NCBI RefSeq assembly: GCF_963921235.1
Contig: NC_086108.1
Coordinates: forward strand, 51,462,001-51,526,000
From: Mobula hypostoma
Lineage: Eukaryota
Reading direction: 5' to 3'
DNA length: 64,000 nt
Shown: positions 24,777 to 35,660 of the stretch, one piece after another
Position numbering within the stretch: position 1 is the stretch's first letter
Layout: each line of letters begins with the position of its first letter
The notes under the pieces: generated by a model
The model's database searches: none
Seen by the model: the letters and a program-made list of their open reading frames with translations, nothing else
What the model was told of the DNA's origin: nothing
Program-made: the position numbers and the translations under genes

Positions 24777-25350
24777 GATTATGAGGACACGCAGTCCTCT
24801 TTTATTGTCATTTAGTAATTCATGCATTAAGAAATGATATAATTTTTTCCTCCAGAATGATATCACAGAAACACAAGACAAACCAAGACAAAAAAACTGA
24901 CTAAAACCACATAATTATCACATATAGTTACAACAGTGCAAAGCAATCCATAATTTGATGAAGAACAGACCATGGGCACGGTAAAAAAAAGTCTCAAAGT
25001 CCCTCAAAAGTCCCTTCATCTCACGCAGATGGTTGAAGGGAGAAACTCTCCCTGCCATGAGCTTCCAGCGCTGCAAACTTGCCGATGCAGCATCCTGGAA
25101 GCACCTGACCCCGGCAACAGGCAATAGGCAAAGCCGAGGATTTAGAGCCTTCCCCTCCGGAGATTTTCGATCACATAGTAGCAGTGGCAGCGAAGCAGGC
25201 ATTTCTGAAGTTTCTGCAGATGTTCCTCCGTGCTTCTCATGTCCGTCTCCATCAAATCAGGATTGTGCACGGCCGCTATGTAACAAATATGATATCAATT
25301 CGGAGCCGCTGCACACGCTGAGTCGCGTCGCCATCTTCTCCCCCCCCCTC
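24777..25350 (-). mobile_element. ~640-bp non-autonomous retroelement, copy 2 (tail remnant at ~23157-23172)
   Basis: Reverse complement of 2113-2754. The (agatt)n tail is split by the Tc1. Confidence 0.8.
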
Positions 25351-26810
25351 CTGTTCTTCATAGTTCTGAAGGACTGGAAATTCTAGCATGGTTCTGAAGG
25401 ATGGAAATTTGCAAATGTCACTCACCCTTCAAGATGGGAAGGAGGCAGAAAAAAGGAAATTATAGGCTAGTTAGCCTGACCTCAGTGGTTGGGAAGATGT
25501 TGGAGACAATAGTTAAGGATGAGGTTTCAGCGTACTAGGAGGCACATGATAAAATGGGCCAAGGTCAGCATGGTTTTCTTAAGGGAAAATCTTGCCTGAC
25601 AAATCTGATAGAATTAACAAGCAGGATAGACAAAGGAGAATTGATGGGTGTTGTGACCTTGGACTTTCAGAACGCCTTTGACAAGGTGCCATACATAAGG
25701 CTACTTAACAAGATAAGAGCACATGGTATTACAGGAAAGGTATTAGCATGGATAGAACATTGGCTGATGGGCAGGAGGAAAAGAGTGGAAATAAAGAGAG
25801 ACTTTTATGATTGTCTGCCAGTGACTAGTGGTGTTCTGAAGGTATCAGTATTGGGACCGCATCATTTTATGTACATCGATGATTTGGATGATGGAATTTA
25901 TGGCTTTATGGCCAAGATTGCAGACAATACGAAGATAGTGGGAGGGGCAGGTAGTGTTGAAGAAGACAGGAGGCTGCAAAAGGACTTGGACAGATTAGGA
26001 GATGGGCAAAGAAGTAGCAGATGGAATACTGTGTCAGGAAATGTATGGTTATGCACTTTGGTAGAGGGAATAAAAGTATAGACTATTTTCTAAATGGAGA
26101 GAAAATACACAAATCTGAGGTGCAAAGGGACTTGGGAGTCCACATGCAGGATCCCCTAAAGATTAACTTACAGATTGATTTGGTGGTGAGGAAAGCACTC
26201 ATTTAGAGAGGACTGGAATATAAAAACAAGGATGTAATGCTAAGGCTTTATAAGGCCCTGGTGAGGTGTCATTTGAAGTATCGTGAGCCGCTTTGGGTGC
26301 TTTATCTAATAAAGGATTTGATGACATTGGAAAGGGTTCAAAGGAGTCTCATGAAAATGATTCCATGATGGAAAGGCTTAACATATGAGGAGCATTTGAT
26401 GGCTCTGGGCCTGTACTTGCTGGAAGACATGAGGGAGAATCTCATTGAAACCTATCGAATGTTGAAAGGACTAGGTAGAGTGGATGTGGAGAGAAGGTTT
26501 CCTATAGTGGGGAAGTCTAGGACCAGAGGCATAACCTCAGAATTGAGGGACATCCATTTAGAACAGAGATGAGGGGGAATCTCTTTAGCCAGAGGATGGT
26601 GAATCTGTGGAATTAGTTGCCACAGGCTGCTGTAGCAGCCAGATCATTGAATGTATTATTTTTGGTAAGTCAAGACATGGACAATCATGAGGAGAAAGCA
26701 GAAGAATGGGGTTGAAAGGGAAATAGATCAGCCATGATCAAATGGCGAGGCAGACTCGATGGACTGAATGGCCTAATTCTGCTCCACTGTCATATGATCT
26801 TATAGTCTTA

Positions 26811-27310
26811 CGGAAATGACTTTTGGAGTGACTTAATGATTTATTCTATGTTGTGATTCTCAAGATAAAAACGCCACTCAAGTCCAAGGAATGATTTATG
26901 ATGGGTGCAACAGAAAAATCCCAGAAAGACTTGATATTCATCAATAATGGCTAGAAGAATCTATAGCAGTCAAATTAAAAGGACATCTCTCTATGTATTA
27001 CGAGAGTAACTGACTGTCACAATCAGATGAGCGAGGCACTTCTTTCACAAGTTTTCTTTGCAGACTCATGCAATGCACACCCTGATTAGCTTAACATTCT
27101 AGCTGAAACCGTAGCTAAGGCCTTTCCATCTGTTGCAAATTTAGTTTCCGCAGCAGCGAATACAGTTTCTGGGTGGATTGGCATTACTTTAAATTGGGTT
27201 ACAGATTTCTTTATATGGTTTTCCAATGGACAATTCCCATAGGCATTGGAATGATTGTTTTTGTATTGCTCTTTGTGCTGAAATGTCGAAGCCTGCAAGG
27301 TTGGAACCTT
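26811..27310 (+). pseudogene. env: Foamy-like ERV env remnant (TM subunit C-terminus and membrane anchor)
   Basis: IAVKLKG..., then AHPD*LNILAETVAKAFPSVANLVSAAANTVSG and, after a frameshift, WTIPIGIGMIVFVLLFVLK. Recalled foamy Env reads IIAKIKG...DTPAWIQQLAAATKDVWPAAASALQGIGNFLSG...LKPILIGVGVILLVILIFK. Confidence 0.7.
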
Positions 27311-27689
27311 GATGATTTCTGCTTTTTGTATAATGGCTTCACTCTTAAGATTCTGAACTCCCATATCTGATCTGCACTACCATGGGTTACCTCTCGCATG
27401 ACTGCTTTGCTATCCCCTGCCTCATACTCACCTTTTTACCGATTCCTCTGATTCAACTTCAGTCTTGGAAGAGTTAAGAACAGGGACTGTCCTCATCATG
27501 TTATCCTTGCTCTTTTCCTAGTCTGGATCATCAACGATGCGTACAGAGATACCTGTTTCTCACTTCATCTTGAGAGGGGTTGGGATGTGTCTGTTGCAAA
27601 ATAATTGGTCTAATAACACCATCCCACAGAAAGATGAGACAATAAACACTATTTTTCTCTTTTTTACTGGTCCTCACTTTCAATAATTC

Positions 27690-29243
27690 CTCCTTCACCT
27701 CTTCGCACTTCCTGCAAACAAAGGTGTAGCCGTGGGCTCTCACATGGGTCCCAGTTATGCCCGCCTTTTTTGTCAGCTACGTGGAACAGTCCATGTTCCA
27801 AGCCTACACCGGTATCTGTACCTAACTTTTACTAAGCTACATCGATGACAGCATTGGTGCTGCTTCCTGCACCAATGCTGAACTCATCAACTTCATCAAC
27901 TTTGCCTCCAACTTGCACCCTGTCCTCAAGTTTACCATTTCCGAAACCTCCCTCCCTTTTCTCAATTGCTCTGGAGTCAGCTAATCTACTGATATCTTTT
28001 ATGAACCCACTGATTCTCACGGCTACCTAGACCATACCTCCTCCTACCCTGTTACTTGTAAAAGTACCATCCACGTCTCTCAATTCCTCTGTCTCTGGCG
28101 CATTTGCTCTCAGGATAAGGCTTTTCATTTCAGAACTAAGGAGAGGTCCTCCTTCTTCAAAGAAAGGGGCTTCCCTTCCTCCACCATTGACGCTGCCCTC
28201 ACTCATATCTCTTCCATTTCACACACGTCTGCCCTCACCCCATCCTCCCACCACCCCACCAGGGATAGGGTTCCACTTGTCCTCACCTATCACCCCACTA
28301 GCCTTCACGTCCAGCACATAATTCTCCGTAACTTTCACCATCTCCAACAGGATCCCACCACCAAGCACAACTTTCCCTATCGCGCCCCCCCCACACCCCA
28401 TTTTCCACTTGCTTTCAGCAGGGACCACTCCCTCAGCAGGGACCACTCCTGGCACTTATCCTTGCAGTGGAACAAGTGCTACACCTGCCCCTACACCTCC
28501 TCCCTCACCACCATTCAGGACCCCAAACAGTCCTTTCAGGTGAAGTGACACTTCGCCTGTAGTCTTTTGGGGTCATCTACTGTATCTGATGCTCCCAGCG
28601 TGGCCTCCTGTATATCAGTCAGACCCGATGTAGATTGGGAGACCGCTTTGCAGAGCACCTACGCTCTGTCCGCCAGAAAAAGCAGGATCTCCCAGTGGCC
28701 ACACATTTTAATTCTTCTTCCCATTCCCATCCCGATATGTCGGTCCATGGCCTCCTCTACTGCCATGATGAGGCCACACTCAGGTTGGAGAAGAACACCT
28801 TATATTCCGTCTGGGTAGCCACCAACCTGATGGTATTAACATTGATTTCTCAAACTTCCAGTAATGGTCCACACCCACCCCCACCCCCACTCTCCTTCAC
28901 CATTCCCCATTCCCATTTCTCTCTCACCTTATCTCCTTACCGGCCCATCACCTCCCTCTGGTGCTCCTCCCCCTTCCCTTTCTCCCATGGCCTTCTGTCC
29001 TCTCCAATTAGATTCCCCCTTCTCCAGCCCTTTGTCTCTCTCATTAATCAGCTTCCCAGCTCTTCACCCTCACCTTCTTACTCTGACTTCTCATCTTTTT
29101 TCTTCAGTCCTGATGAAGAGTCTCGGCCTGAAACATCGACTGTTTACTCTTTTCTATAGATGTTGCCTGGCCTACTGAGTTCCTCCAGCAATTCATGTGT
29201 GTTGCTCAGATTTGCAGCACCTGCAGAATTTCTCTTGTTGATT
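27690..29243 (+). mobile_element. Penelope-like element (RT C-terminus, GIY-YIG, terminal repeat with hammerhead)
   Basis: MGPSYA, YIDD and GDRFAEHLRSV motifs. Hammerhead agtcctgatgaagagtctcggcctgaaacatcgact at about 29106. Confidence 0.85.
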
Positions 29244-29947
29244 ACTTTTTACTTACCTAGTTGGATGTTACTTACTTACTCTTTAATATGGGCATTCCTC
29301 TATATATAGTTCTTAAGTTTTATAATGTCTTTTGCAAAGGTGTTGTTTATGGCTAATGATGGCATGTTACTATTATGGTTGACTTGTTTGACTTTTAAAA
29401 CCATCTATCTTACTGTATTTCATTATAGCACACAAGACATATCAGGAGGAGAAAGATAGCCACCTCCGAGGAATGCTAGACTCCTGATAACTGACAATAA
29501 GTAGGGAGGTTATGTGTACAACTTTCTTAGTTAGAGAAATGCTTAATCTAAGACAATAAGATGGAAAATATAACCAGCATTCTTTAAAAAAGTATAAATG
29601 TATCTTTTTCAGAATGGTGTAAATTATTGCCCTTTTAGTTTACTTATGAATGCACTCACATGAACTTTGAGTAATGCAGTGTATTAAAAAAGGGGCTAAG
29701 TTTCAGTAAAAGGTGGCTTACATAACCTGTATTATATTTTCTACTTCCTCTATCATTTATTTAATATAATTAAACTGAAAGGCACCAGCACTGTGCCACA
29801 TGTGAGAATCAGAACAAGATATGGGAGATCAAAACCATACATCCATGAGCTATGATGAACAATGTGCAACAGTAAAAATGCATCCTAAAACAGAAAAACA
29901 AGTTTGTTGTGTTTCACTAGGAACATTTAATAACAATAACTTCATTT

Positions 29948-30640
29948 ATAGAAACCATAGAAACCACAGAAACTACAGCACGGAAACAGGCCTTTTGGCC
30001 CTTCTTGGCTGTGCCGAACTATTTTCTGCCTAGTCCCACTGACCTGCACACGGACCATATCCCTGCATACACCTCCCATCCATGTATCTGTCCAATTTAT
30101 TCTTAAATGTTAAAAAAGAACCCGCATTTACCACCTCGTCTGGCAGCTCATTCCATGCTCCCACCACTCTCTGTGTGAAGAAGCCCCCCCTAATGTTCCC
30201 TTTAAACTTTCCCCCCTCACCCTTAACCCATGTCCTCTGGTTTTTTTCTCCCCTTGCCTCAGTGGAAAAAGCCTGCTTGCATTCACTCTATCAATACCCA
30301 TCATAATTTTATATACCTCTATCAAATCTCCCCTCATTCTTCTACGCTCCAGGGAATAAAGTCCTAACCTATTCAACCTTTCTCTGTAACTGAGTTTCTC
30401 AAGTCCCGGCAACATCCTTGTAAACCTTCTCTGCACTCTTTCAACCTTATTTATATCCTTCCTGTAATTTGGTGACCAAAACTGAACACAATACTCCAGA
30501 ATCGGCCTCACCAAATACCTTATACAACCTCATCATAACATTCCAGCTCTTATACTCAATACTTTGATTAATAAAGGCCAATGTACCAAAAGCTCTTTTT
30601 ACGACCCTATCTACCTGTGACGCCACTTTTAGGGAATTAT
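29948..30640 (-). mobile_element. CR1 3' end fragment
   Basis: VRPILEYCVQFWSP..RGDLIEVYKIM, with a (catagaaac)n tail. Confidence 0.85.
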
Positions 30641-30739
30641 AGAGAACTCTCCATGCAGATGTTGTAGTTCAAAGTGTTTTACATTGGGATAAAAGCACGA
30701 ACATGAAAATAAAATTAAAATTAAAAATTAAAATAACCA

Positions 30740-31652
30740 TGTAGTCCCCTGGTAAGCCTCAGGCTCACTCAGCTTGCTTTCGTCTAGGGGGAGCAGCCTT
30801 TGGCCCCGCTAAACTGGGTAATCAAGTTTGTGTAAATGCTGTGTGATGTACCCCACCACGCCAAGTAACAGACAGTACACCATATGCGATTAAATGATTA
30901 CACTTTATAGATCTTACTGAAACTATGTAATTAATAGAGATACAATACAAAAGGAAAATAAAAGGCCCCAAACTTATCGGAGTTCAGCCACTTCGTGCAC
31001 AACTGTTGGAGCTCAATGAACGGGTTCTTTTTTCCACCATGCGATCTCCTCCAACCCCCTCGACCCGCCGCCTGGGACCAACCATGGTGGTCGACCACAG
31101 CGCGTCCAGCACGTCCTTCCTGTTTGGTTCTCCTCCCAAAAACCCTGGGCCTCAGACTTCCGCTCGGGGTCCATTCCGTCGGCCAGCTTACAGCATCGCA
31201 TCTCCTTTCTCTGTCCCCATCCGCCTTCTCCCACAAAGCCCGCGAAAACAATAGCTTACAGACACACAAGAAAGAATAACATCTATCCCCATTGGTTAGC
31301 AAATGAATACAATCACAAGGAAATCTGCAGATGCTGGAAATTTAAGCAACACACATCAAAGTTGCTGGTGAACGCAGCAGACCAGGCAGCATCTCTAGGA
31401 ATACCCTTCTCAGCCCGAAACGTCGACTGTACCTCTTCCTAGAGATGCTGCCTGGCCTGCTGTGTTCACCAGCAACTTTGATGTGTGTTAAATGAATATA
31501 ATTCTCGTTATCAGTAATTATAACCCAAACTAACTGCTATAGAGAACCACCGTCTCAGCAGTTAACAGTACAGAGAAGCCATTTTATTTTAACATAACAA
31601 AGAAGCCATTTTATTCACCTTAGCAGTAACATAAAAGAAGAGACCCCTTACA
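30740..31652. mobile_element. Probable solo LTR carrying a mini Penelope hairpin (31314-31489)
   Basis: tgta...taca termini; no clean TSD for the LTR. The hairpin insert is flanked by aaatgaata(c/t)aat. Confidence 0.55.
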
Positions 31653-31834
31653 AATATGAAAATAAAAGATGAGAAGAGTCAGTTAAAAAGCAAGTTTAAA
31701 TAAATAGTTTTGAGCTGGTGTTTAAACGTGTCAACGGAGTCTGCATCCCTTACGGTATTAGGTATTGAATTCCAGTTTAGGAGCTTAGTTCAGAACAGCT
31801 GACCTGCCAATTATTTTTTGAGGGAGATTGTTTC

Positions 31835-32670
31835 AGGTGCACCATTAGGGCCGGACATCTTGCAAGGGTTCACCATCTCGAAAGATGTTCTGATGTCAGC
31901 CTCCGAGAGGGAGATCACAGGATCACCAGATGCTGCAGGGATTCACACAGTTGTAGTTCTATTCTCCCTTTCAAAGAGCACATAAAAGGCATTGTGCTCA
32001 TCTGGGAGTGAAGCATCACAGCCACTCATGATGTGAGGTTTTGCTTTGTAGGAAGTAATAGCCTGCAAACCCTGCCAGAGCTGATGTGCATTCAATTCCA
32101 TCCCTAACCTCAATTGGAATTGTTTTTTCACACTTAATATCGCAGCTATGAATTAAAGGAGGTTGTAGCTGGACTTCTTGTAGAGTTCTGGATCACCACT
32201 CTTGAATCCCACAGATCTAGCCCACAGCAGACTATGAATCTCCTGAGTCATCTATGGTATTTGGTTTGGGTGTGTCCAGTATGTTCTCAAAGGCACACAC
32301 TCATCCACACAGGTCTTGATGAAGTCACTGACAACTGTGGCGTATTCATTCAGATTAGAAGATGAATCCCTGAATATTGTCCAGTCCACCAAATGAAAGC
32401 AGTCCCTCAGGTGCTGCTCTGCTTCCCTCTTCGGATACAAAATATTTTTCAGATATATAAAGATCTAAATATTATTTAAATGTTATTTATTTGCATTCAT
32501 TGTTTGTATAATTTGTTTTTTTCTCTCTCTGCACATTGGGTGTTTGTTGGGGTTTTTATGGGTTCTTTGGGGTTCCTTGTTTTGCGACTTCCTGTTAAAA
32601 GGCGGATCTCAAGGTTGTATAACGCATACATACTTTGATAATAAATGTACTTTAAACTTTGAACTTTGAA
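31835..32670. mobile_element. Rex1-like LINE fragments (minus-strand ORF2 piece, plus-strand 3' tail)
   Basis: LWQGLQAITSYK and DCFHLVDWTIF peptides; aataaatgtac(tttgaac)n tail. Confidence 0.65.
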
Positions 32671-32684
32671 AAGTAAAGGAGAGA

Positions 32685-33245
32685 CCGGAGTGGATATCGG
32701 TTTGCCGGAAAATTCTGGACAATTCTGATTTGATGGAGATAGATGTGAAAGCACAGAGGAACATCTGGAGAAATTTCTGAAACACCAGTTCACTGCTGTT
32801 GTTACTGCGCGATCGGGAATCTTTCGGAGGGAAGGCCTCAAAATCCCCGGCTTTGCCTGCTGTTGACGACCGAGGTTGAGTTCGAATCGCTCGGATAGAG
32901 ATGACGCTCAGTACTCGGTGTCGGAGAGCTGATCGGTGGCTCGAAGGTTTCGGACTGTGGTCGGGCATGGCAGGGAGAGTTTTTCTTCCTTCTCCCGTCT
33001 GCATGAGATGTGGGACATTTGAGAGACTTTGAACTTTTTACTGTGCTCATGGACTTCTTCATCAAGTTATGGTATTGTTGCACTGTTGTAACCATATGAT
33101 ATAATTATGTGGTTTTGTTAGTTTTTTTCAGAATTGGTCTGTCCTGTGTTTTGTGATATCACACTGGAGGAAATATTGTATCATTTCTTAATGCATGCAT
33201 TACTAAATGACAATAAAAGAGGACTGCATGTCTTTATAATCTTAA
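32685..33245 (+). mobile_element. ~640-bp non-autonomous retroelement, copy 3 (5' altered)
   Basis: Colinear with about 2210-2745 through caataaaagaggactgc..ataatct. Confidence 0.75.
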
Positions 33246-34147
33246 TGACACTGGAGAGACAGTAATGGGGAACAAAGAAATGACAGACGATCTTAATAAG
33301 TATTTTGCGTCAGTCATGACTGTGAAAGGCAGTAACAGAATGCCAGAAATGCAAGGGTGACGGTGGAGGGTGGTGTGGAGGAGAAGTGAGTGTCATTGCT
33401 TTTACTAAGGAGAAGTGTTTAGGAAGCTGAAAGGTCTGAAGGTTAGTAAGTCGCCTGGACCAGATGACTACACCACAGGGTTCTGAAAGAGGTACTAGTT
33501 GAAGAGAATTGTGGAGCCATTGGTACTGATCTTTCAAGAATCACTAGATTCTTGAGGGTCCCGAGGACTGGAAAATTGCAAATGTCTCTCCATTCTTTAA
33601 AAAGTGAGGGAAGCAGAAGAAAGGAAATTATAGGCCAGTTCGACTGACCTCAGTGGTTGGAAAGATGTTGCAGTCCATCCTTAAGGATGAGATTTCAATG
33701 TACTTACAGGCACATGATAAAAAAGGTCAAAGTCAGCATGGGTTTCTAAAGAGTAAATCTTGCCTGACAAATCTGTCGGAATTCTTTGAGGAAATAATAG
33801 GCAGGATAGACAAAAGATTATCGGCGGATGTTGTTTACTTGGATTTTAAGACAACTTTGACAAGGTGCTGCACATGAGGCTGCTTAACTAGTTAAGAGCC
33901 CATGGTATTACAGGAAAGGTACTAGCATGGCTGACTAGCAGGAAGCAAAGAGTGGGTATAAAGGGAGTTTTTTCTGGATAGTTGCCAGTGACTTGTGGTG
34001 TGTCACAGGAGTTGGTGTTAGGAAAACTTTTTTTCTTGTCATATGTCAATGATTTGGATGAAGGAACTAGTGGCTTTGTGACTTAGTTTGTAGATGATAT
34101 GCAAGTAGGTGGACGGGAAAGTAGTGTTGAGGAAGCAGGGTATCTGA

Positions 34148-34700
34148 TGTTATGTTTCGTAACTTCAAAACATGAAACTAAGTTAAGAGAAAACATGGAG
34201 TCCAAAGTGTGAGTCTAATTTTGGGTTTACTTCAAGTGAGGCAACATATATCACACGGTAGCGTGATGACATATGGAGTTCATGTATTTACACATATAAC
34301 CCGTAATGAATGATTAAAGCAAACAAGAATGCTTAATCAAACAATATATTTACAAAATTACTCAAATATTACTGAAATATTAAATACACAATACTCCTCC
34401 CTGCTTAGCTATAAGTGCCAACTCAATAGTGAACGCATCCCAATTATATACACAGTATACTATATGATACAACTACTACATACAGACATTCACAGCACCG
34501 TGAATTTTAAACTGTCCCATTCAGGCCAAAATGATTTCATTGCTGTGGAGGGTTTCTTACTCTTGTGGGATAATGTCTTTCCTGACAAGGGGGGATCAGT
34601 CTGCTTGGCTGTGAAACAATCTCGGGTTATGGAGCCTCCTCCATGGCGGTTGTAGTAGTTGACTCTGAGACTGCAGGAAATGGCTCGGACAGTGGTAGCC
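34148..34700 (-). mobile_element. Gypsy LTR retrotransposon 3' end: integrase tail, PPT and 3' LTR
   Basis: Minus-strand ERHYPTRVRNPP integrase-tail motif, PPT aagcagggaggag (34394-34406), LTR about 34148-34393 ending ...cataaca. Confidence 0.8.
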
Positions 34701-35660
34701 ATCTTTCTTCTTCATCCTTTTTCTTCTTCAGGTTTGTGCATCTTGATCTTGGCAAGGTCCATTTAGTTCACTGGAATGTTCTCTTACTAGTCCTATTGCT
34801 GCCTTTGAGATCTGACCTCTCTTCTTGTTTTCCTCCCACAACATCATCTGATGAATTCTCTGTTTTCATATCTCCATTGACTTCTTTCATTCCATTCATC
34901 CAGCTGGGCTTTGGTCTTTGCATTTACTTTTACAAGCAGCTTTTTGTCTCCCACTTGAAGTTCATGCAATAACCTTAATGCAAGCAGAGTAGATTCTGGT
35001 TCTTTATACTCACAAAAATTGAATGCCTGCAACTTTTCTGAAGCTCCTTGAATTCTCTCCCAGCTTAAAACTAAGCCATATTTCACAAATAATTGCCTGA
35101 TTAACATATCAGAAGCTTTCTCAGGTGTGTAGCCTAAAAAAAACTGTTGTAGTCAGACAACACACACAAAAAGTGCCAGTGAACACAGCAGGCCAGGCAG
35201 CATCTCTAGGAAGAGGTACAGTCGACGTTTCAGGCTGAGACCCTTCATCAGGACTAACGGAAAGAAGAGATAGTAAGAGATTTGAAAGTGGGAGGGGAAG
35301 GGGGAGATCCAAAATGATAGGAGAAGACAGGAGGGGGAGGGATGGAGCCAAGAGCTGGAAAGTTGACTGGCAAAAGGGTTACGAAGCTGGAGAAGGGAGA
35401 GGATCATAGGACAGGAAGCCTAGGGAGAAAGAAAGGGGGAGGGGGAAGCCCAAAAGATGGGCAAGGAGTATAGTGAGAGGGACAAAGGGAGAAAAAGGAG
35501 AGAGAGAAAAAATTTTTTTTTAAATTAATAGTAATTAATAAGTAACGGATGGGGTACGAAGGGGCTGCTTTCGTCACTTTCATAATTCTTCTGAGCAGCA
35601 TGGTCCTTTCTTGATCCAATATGTTTTCCAACCAGAGGCACAGAGGCTGTCACCAACAAA
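34701..35660 (-). pseudogene. RBM25: Processed (intronless) RBM25 fragment including the RRM, split by a Penelope insertion
   Basis: LVTASVPLVGKHIGSRKDH | TTVF..EKASDMLIRQLFVKYGLVLSWERIQGASEKLQAFNFCEYKEPESTLLALRLLHELQVGDKKLLVKVNAKTKAQLDEW..REHSSELNGPCQ matches vertebrate RBM25. Frameshifts and a stop are present; no introns. Confidence 0.92.
35159..35562 (-). mobile_element. Penelope terminal fragment with hammerhead
   Basis: Reverse complement of about 56995-57374. Minus strand agtcctgatgaagggtctcagcctgaaacgtcgact at about 35220-35255. Confidence 0.85.

Larger units (their letters stand above)
22790..26810 (+). mobile_element. CR1 LINE ORF2 3' half, split by a SINE-like element and a Tc1
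   Basis: GPDGLHPRVLKEV at 23100 resumes at about 25380. RT ORF 25554-26081. 3' tail near 26800. Confidence 0.85.

Noticed and set aside
34844..35107. Functional RBM25 exon
   Set aside because: No introns or splice sites, frameshifts and a stop nearby, interrupted by a Penelope fragment and fused to Gypsy sequence.
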